32,000 bases of DNA from Candidatus Hermodarchaeota archaeon. Its GTDB lineage: Archaea > Asgardarchaeota > Heimdallarchaeia > Hodarchaeales > Hodarchaeaceae. How positions within the stretch are numbered: the stretch's first letter is position 1; each line of letters begins with the position of its first letter. Shown here piece by piece: positions 26,627 to 32,000 of the stretch. The notes beneath the pieces are model-generated. The model did not search any database and was not told the origin of the DNA. It saw only the letters and a list, made by a program, of their open reading frames with translations. The stretch covers positions 90,001 to 122,000 of the forward strand of contig JBHLKY010000006.1 in the NCBI GenBank assembly GCA_048886185.1. Reading direction: 5' to 3'. A program made the translations under genes and the position numbers.

Positions 26627-26773
26627 ATGAGTGAACTCATCCGTCAAAGTAAATTCGAAGTCTATGGCGAAGAAATGCTGGAAAAAGAAGTGAAGAAGAG
26701 CGGCAACAGCGGCCGAGTATATTTACCTCCATCATGGATAGGAAAACGTGTTAAAATTATTCGAATGGACTGA
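26627..26773 (+). CDS. DUF2080-family small protein (AbrB-like), 48 aa, not in the ORF track
   Basis: MSELIRQSKFEVYGEEMLEKEVKKSGNSGRVYLPPSWIGKRVKIIRMD; AGGAG SD about 9 nt upstream; the GNSG.VYLP..W.GK.V.I pattern is typical of DUF2080. Confidence 0.85.
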   Translation: MSELIRQSKFEVYGEEMLEKEVKKSGNSGRVYLPPSWIGKRVKIIRMD

Positions 26774-26896
26774 AAATTATAAAGAGATATTTGCTAACAA
26801 ACTTAATGAACATCTTTTTTCAGTGAAACTAGTAATGGATTTTATTACTTCAAGACAATGTGAAATGCTCTACTAGAAATCATGATTTTTGATATG

Positions 26897-28156
26897 TCAT
26901 TCTGTTTGAGTAGATTCCTCAATAAGCGAAGTTACTTTTCCTTTCCCTTTCTTTTCATATAAATTTTGGGTATTATCACGTAGTTCAGCTATCATAACTC
27001 CTGATTCTTTATATAATTTGTTTACCTCTTCCAAGTCGAAATAAAGGTCGTTTTCTATCCATTTCAGCTTTCGGTACTTATAAAGAGATATACTTCCGAT
27101 TCCAGATTCGGTTTTTGGTATTTCATTTTGAAGAAGTGTCTTAAGGTCGTCGACTGATAGTTTAGCTAGTTTATTAAAATTTTCTGCAACAAACAATTTG
27201 TACCTTTCAAGATTAGTCTTAATTTTTGCTAATTCTTGCCGATATTCTGCAATGATCGGATCCCTAATCTCCTTGCATATATTTTTAATATCATCGTTAT
27301 CGACATTAAATAGGTACTCATCATAGTGTTGGATAGCGATTAACCGGTCTCCTTTAGCAGCTTTCTCAATTTCTGAAACAATGATTTCAGATGGTAATTG
27401 TTGTAATGCCCAAATCACTTTTGTTTGAACATCTACTTCTCTATCTTTAGTTGCACTTAATAGAGGGAGAACTGAATCACTATGTTTGATTTTACCTAAA
27501 GCTTCTGCAGCATTTCCACGAGTTATTTTATCATTATCCTTTAGAGCCTTTATTAGTACTTCATTCGCTTGAGCACTTCCCAATTCTCCTAAACTCCAAC
27601 ACATCTCACGACGTGGATATTCTTCTATTTCTTTGCCAAGTGCAATAATTAGAGGTTCCACGGCAAGAGGAACCTTGATTTGCCCTAAAGCATGAGCTGC
27701 ATTTTCCCGTATATCAGAATTTTCAGGATCATTAAGTGCTTTGATAAGTCCTTGGCTTGCTCCTTTAGCTACTTCCCCCATCTCCCCTAACTGCTTAGCA
27801 ACCATAGCACGAAAATCAGGATCCGCATCTGACTCTAAATAGCTAATTAATGGATCAATTGTCGTGTTATCTGCGATTTCTCCAAGGGCTTCGACAGCAC
27901 CAAATCGTACTGTCCAATAGTCAATGGATGGATCCAAAGCGGCAAGTATTTTTGGAATGGCCATTTTAGGATAGTTTTTACCCAATATAACTAGTTGATT
28001 GACAGCTGAAGCTCGAATAAGCAATTGTTGACTTTCTAATGCACGAATCATCACATCACACAGAGCTTCGGGTGGTAATTCTTGATCATCAGGTATCTGC
28101 ATGATTTCTCGAATGGCCGGATCAATTTCTTCCTCTTTATCTGGGGTCACAGTCAT
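26897..28156 (-). CDS. HEAT-repeat (PBS lyase-like) protein with helical C-terminus
   Basis: Repeated VR..A..ALGEI units (VRFGAVEALGEI, FRAMVAKQLGEM, IRENAAHALGQI, PRREMCWSLGEL, TRGNAAEALGKI); ATG 28156 preceded by GGAG. Confidence 0.88.
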   Translation of the reverse strand: MTVTPDKEEEIDPAIREIMQIPDDQELPPEALCDVMIRALESQQLLIRASAVNQLVILGKNYPKMAIPKILAALDPSIDYWTVRFGAVEALGEIADNTTIDPLISYLESDADPDFRAMVAKQLGEMGEVAKGASQGLIKALNDPENSDIRENAAHALGQIKVPLAVEPLIIALGKEIEEYPRREMCWSLGELGSAQANEVLIKALKDNDKITRGNAAEALGKIKHSDSVLPLLSATKDREVDVQTKVIWALQQLPSEIIVSEIEKAAKGDRLIAIQHYDEYLFNVDNDDIKNICKEIRDPIIAEYRQELAKIKTNLERYKLFVAENFNKLAKLSVDDLKTLLQNEIPKTESGIGSISLYKYRKLKWIENDLYFDLEEVNKLYKESGVMIAELRDNTQNLYEKKGKGKVTSLIEESTQTE

Positions 28157-28406
28157 TACTCCTTGAATAAGCAATTATTCTAATTTCAACAATAATATAA
28201 TGGTATAAAACAATTCGTTCAATAAATCATACCTGAAGGAAGGGACATTTTTTCTAAAAGTGATAATAATTCAAGAACTTATCGACAAAAATGCCATCAT
28301 TTTTACTGAATATAAATTACTCCATTCATTAAATATGCTTTTAACTGAAAGTAAAGCTCGGGAAAGAATGTTCTTTATAAAGGGAAAATTCATAATCTTA
28401 AGGCCT

Positions 28407-28889
28407 TTAACCAATCCGAACTTCGACAATTTGTTGTTTTGTTCGTAAATTTGAGGATAAAAAACGGCCTTCAACTGAAGATAGCTCCATCATAAGTGGA
28501 CTATTCATCCAAGCACATCGAATTGAAGCTCCCTCAAAAACTCGTTCAGTAATCTCCGGGTTCCCTCTTACTATAACTGGTTCTTGAAATTCATATCCAT
28601 CATTACTTTTTTTTATTTGTAGAAAGAAAACTGAAAGCGCGATCCCTCGTTTCATCATGCTAGATACATTCTCTTCTATTTCAATTGCTTGATTTTCTAC
28701 ATTCCAAGAAATACGAGCACGAATACGTCTTGGCTCAGGTTGTTCAATATTGATAAAACGCATACCAGTAATAAAGAATCCCGTCCTATTCCTACCATCT
28801 TCATCTTTCAATCCTTTTACATTGAGATGACTTTCAATGTCAATTATGGGGTATATTTCGATCTTCTTTACTTCATCGATCCGAGTCAT
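28407..28889 (-). CDS. Hypothetical beta-rich protein (160 aa)
   Basis: ATG start, protein-like composition, fills the gap between co-oriented genes; no family recognised. Confidence 0.7.
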   Translation of the reverse strand: MTRIDEVKKIEIYPIIDIESHLNVKGLKDEDGRNRTGFFITGMRFINIEQPEPRRIRARISWNVENQAIEIEENVSSMMKRGIALSVFFLQIKKSNDGYEFQEPVIVRGNPEITERVFEGASIRCAWMNSPLMMELSSVEGRFLSSNLRTKQQIVEVRIG

Positions 28890-29067
28890 GATGGCTTCTA
28901 TCCGTTATAATTAGGTAAAATATGCATGTAAAAAACCTAGAAAATGCGTAGATCACTATCTTCAAAATTTACATACCTATAATATAAATAATTCTCCAAT
29001 GTAGTGCAATATTTCTAGATCGATCTTAATCATTCTCCATAAATTCGTAGTTCTATCTTCTCATATT

Positions 29068-30246
29068 TCATGTAATTGATGTCATGAAGGATTCAACATG
29101 ATCCAAGGCTTCTTTCATAATTGTAACATCAGGGAGCACAACCGAACGAAAGTGCCCTTTTCCAAGCTCACCAAAACCACTTCCGAATACAAATAGTACA
29201 CCAGTTTCTTGAAGCAAATCCAATACAAAATTACGGTCGTTCATATCCTTCTCAATCTGAGGGAACGCATAAAAGGCTCCTTTTGGTTGCACAACTGATA
29301 AACCATTCATCTCATTTATCCGCTTTGAAAAATATTTTGCCCGTTCTTTCAATTTTTCGATAACAGAGGTTAGATAATCAGACTCTTTATTTAGAATTTT
29401 ACTTACTGCTACTTGTACGGAGCTATTGGCACATAAACGAATCCGTGATTGCTTCGCTAATGCCTCCCAAAATTCTGAATAAATATTGTTTTCATCTCGT
29501 AAGATGGCCCACCCTAGTCTCCAACCTGGTGATAACAAGGTTTTAGAAATACCATTTAATTCTAAAACTGGTATGTCTGTCAATGACGCAGTAGAACGAA
29601 AGGAATTTCCAAATGTTAGTAAATCATAGATTTCATCGGAGATTAAGAGAAGATTGTGCTCGCCTGCAATGTCTGCTATCCTTTTTACAACTTTTTCTGG
29701 ATAAACAGCCCCAGTAGGATTATTAGGATTAATTATAATGATTGCTTGGGTTTTGGGTGATATTTTTTTTCTTATATCTTCGATACTGGGCTGCCAAGCT
29801 TCATCTTCTTGAGTGTGATATTCAATTGGTTTGATATTATGGTAGTTAAAATAAGATAAGTAAGGAGGATATGCGGGAGAAGGGACTAATACTTCTGTTC
29901 CCGCCATTAAACTTCCAGAAATAAATGATATCGCTTCTGAAACCCCTGTTGTGATTAAAATCCTGTTAGGATCTAAATTCGTTCCCCAAAGTCTTTTTTG
30001 TCTTTTGACTATTTCATTACGTAAAGTAGGATCCCCTGCTGAATCACTATAGTAGTTAGCTTTATCTTTTGTTATTGCTTCAACTAAGGCATCTTTCAGG
30101 AAGTCAGGAGTGTCAAAATCAAATTTATCAGGATCACCAATATTAAAGTAAAAGAGTTTTTTTCCCTGTTTTTCGATCTTTTTAGCTAAAATTACAATAT
30201 CTCTAATCGCATATTTAATATTGAGAACATTAGGAGAGAGTTCCAT
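29068..30246 (-). CDS. PLP-dependent aminotransferase class I/II (archaeal alanine aminotransferase-like)
   Basis: KYAIRDIV, FNIGDP, INPNNPTG, SDEIYD, NGISK...PGWRLGW; start uncertain (30246, 30273 or 30300). Confidence 0.9.
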   Translation of the reverse strand: MELSPNVLNIKYAIRDIVILAKKIEKQGKKLFYFNIGDPDKFDFDTPDFLKDALVEAITKDKANYYSDSAGDPTLRNEIVKRQKRLWGTNLDPNRILITTGVSEAISFISGSLMAGTEVLVPSPAYPPYLSYFNYHNIKPIEYHTQEDEAWQPSIEDIRKKISPKTQAIIIINPNNPTGAVYPEKVVKRIADIAGEHNLLLISDEIYDLLTFGNSFRSTASLTDIPVLELNGISKTLLSPGWRLGWAILRDENNIYSEFWEALAKQSRIRLCANSSVQVAVSKILNKESDYLTSVIEKLKERAKYFSKRINEMNGLSVVQPKGAFYAFPQIEKDMNDRNFVLDLLQETGVLFVFGSGFGELGKGHFRSVVLPDVTIMKEALDHVESFMTSIT

Positions 30247-30702
30247 TGGTCTACCTTCTTCAACTGCTGACATGCAGTTCTCTAGGTTAAAATGAGACAA
30301 AAAAATCTGAAAGAACAGTAAACACGACTTAATTACTTTATTTAATCAACAGTTACTTAAACTCTTCTATTCCTCTAGTCATGATTCCTTCGACTTCCTG
30401 ATATTTTATTTCAAGTCCCAATTGATAATATAAGTCTTTTTCTTAATCTGGCACTTTCAATTTTCACAAAAATCTATTAATAGTATTGATAGCTCAAAAG
30501 AGATATTTTTAACTCTTCATCAACTAAAATTTTTCTTAAAGAATCATAGAGGGAAAATTCTTATATTTTGTTGGATTATGACTATTATAAAACTAGTGTT
30601 GTCCTTACCACAAAAGAATGGATTTTTCTTTTGCAAGCCTTTTTTAATTTTTATAAATTTAGGATGATTAATTAGCAGTAATAGCTGAAGAAGGTAATAT
30701 CT

Positions 30703-31392
30703 GTGAGTACTGATGTAGAATCATTATCTGTACTTATTACGTCTATTGTAGATCTGGGGGCTAAAATTTGTGTTTTATCTGACATTTCAGGGTTACCAAT
30801 TGTTACCCGTTCGAAAATAGAGACAGAAGATGTCGAAATCGCGCTTAGTGCTCTCAGTAGTCTTGTTATTTCGACTGGAGACACCATTGGTCGCGAGTTA
30901 GATGGAAATTTTGTGAATATGTCTGTTAGAACAAGTGGGGGATTACTCCTTTCTACTGTAATAGATTCAAACCCTAAGGTAGTTCTTACTGCAATTGTAG
31001 ATGAAAATCTCGAAACAACAATCATTCATGAAATGAAACGCTTACAACCCATTATCTCCAATGCGATTGAAGGAGTTGCCATCGAAATTAAAGAACGTGA
31101 AAAACTTCAAGCTCCAGATCAGAGAAAAATACTCACTTTTTTTGATTCATTTCAGTACAAAGTAAAACAAGCTCAAACACCGAGTGATCTAGTCAGTATC
31201 ACACGAGCAGCGAAAGATGACCTATTTACACTTGTAAATTCTGGTACAATATCATATGAAATGAACCAATTCGCCCTTAGATTAGAGAAGCAAGTGCGAA
31301 TTAAATCCATTGATTCGGAAACTCTTTTAAAAATTAAACAGGCAATCAATACAGCTGTTGAAGACTGGAAAAAACGACTTCTACCAATGTAA
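30703..31392 (+). CDS. Roadblock/LC7 domain plus C-terminal four-helix domain
   Basis: CVLSDISGLPIVTRS...ALSALSSL...IGRELDG...VRTSGG...VVLTAIV; helical aa150-229; GTG start. Confidence 0.78.
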   Translation: MSTDVESLSVLITSIVDLGAKICVLSDISGLPIVTRSKIETEDVEIALSALSSLVISTGDTIGRELDGNFVNMSVRTSGGLLLSTVIDSNPKVVLTAIVDENLETTIIHEMKRLQPIISNAIEGVAIEIKEREKLQAPDQRKILTFFDSFQYKVKQAQTPSDLVSITRAAKDDLFTLVNSGTISYEMNQFALRLEKQVRIKSIDSETLLKIKQAINTAVEDWKKRLLPM

Positions 31393-32000
31393 ACACTTTT
31401 CTAACAGTTTTTCTTAAAAAAAGTTATTAGCTATCTGTTATTAATTGAGAAGTTGCCACATTGATAGTAGTTGGCACTCCATTATTTGATTCTAAAGCAA
31501 ACACCTTTTATTTAGAAGTTCAGCCAACAAGGAAACTCCAAAATGGAAATAAGAGAACTAGCAAATTTAAAATCGCAATAAGAGATATTTTCATATAATC
31601 TAAGTAGTCTCAAAGTGTATTTTTCAAGAACTGGCAGGTAAGATTTTTGTTAGAGGCCAACAACAATATATCTCTAGCTACTTTAGTGCTTGAAAATTGT
31701 TTCAAAGTTCCCCGCCATCTCATGCTTTGGTTATCACTAGGACTTTCCTCATCCATGATTTGAAAGTTCCTCATGAGATATCACTTTCACATACCCTCAA
31801 GTCATTGCCTCATGTTAGGGCATCCACCTGTCAAAGTAAAAAACGATGAAAAAGGCTCTATTTTCGTAAAAAAAAGAATCATTTATACGGGAAAGCTTAT
31901 AATATTGTGTGTAATATTCTTATACAAGAAAAGAAAAGGCTTCAGTTCGTTTAACTATCTTCTTATGGTTATCGCACCTGCCCTTTTCTTTTCTCACCTT

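Noticed and set aside
28271-28474. Possible frameshifted continuation of the 28407-28889 ORF
   Set aside because: The main ORF ends cleanly with a protein-like C-terminus, and there is no slippery site or motif evidence
226-31025. Short ORF-track entries antisense to or nested in real genes (226, 3624, 5174, 9244, 9976, 12269, 13494, 14941, 15898, 18308, 20668, 21790, 22138, 23917, 24460, 24661, 28260, 28271, 28689, 30672)
   Set aside because: They are shadow frames of better-supported genes or lie in AT-rich spacer, with no recognisable motifs
31738-31752. GAGGAAAGTCC on the minus strand, the RNase P RNA P4 5' motif
   Set aside because: No complementary P4 3' strand (ACAnAAnnnnGnCUnA-type) or other conserved regions follow, and the GC content is too low
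1-32000. CRISPR arrays, tRNA/rRNA genes, IS transposases
   Set aside because: No regularly spaced repeats, cloverleaf/T-loop signatures, rRNA-length GC-rich tracts or transposase motifs were found by eye

Overview
AT-rich archaeal chromosomal window, almost certainly from an Asgard archaeon (probably Heimdallarchaeia/Hodarchaeales-like; this is inferred from gene content). Housekeeping content: NreA and EndoQ-family DNA repair genes, SRP (7S) RNA, Maf, two class I/II aminotransferases, stand-alone TrpB2, amidohydrolase plus riboflavin-pathway pyrimidine reductase, FolE2/MptA, MazG-like, Nudix, glutaminyl-cyclase-like M28, GNAT and a HEAT-repeat protein. The window is also dense in eukaryote-signature modules: a Rab-like GTPase, up to six roadblock domains (including a tandem DYNLRB-like pair), two longin-type domains and a Yip1-domain protein. 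The best leads are: (1) a folliculin/SMCR8-type longin that keeps the DxxARG arginine-finger motif and is fused to two roadblock-like domains; (2) a degenerate MinD-longin-wHTH fusion next to the Rab-like GTPase; (3) a six-hairpin, SD-sequestering leader RNA on a small Zn-ribbon gene; (4) a deaminase coupled to the riboflavin reductase. No tRNA, rRNA, CRISPR array or intact transposase was seen. All family calls come from motif recognition by eye, without database searches.
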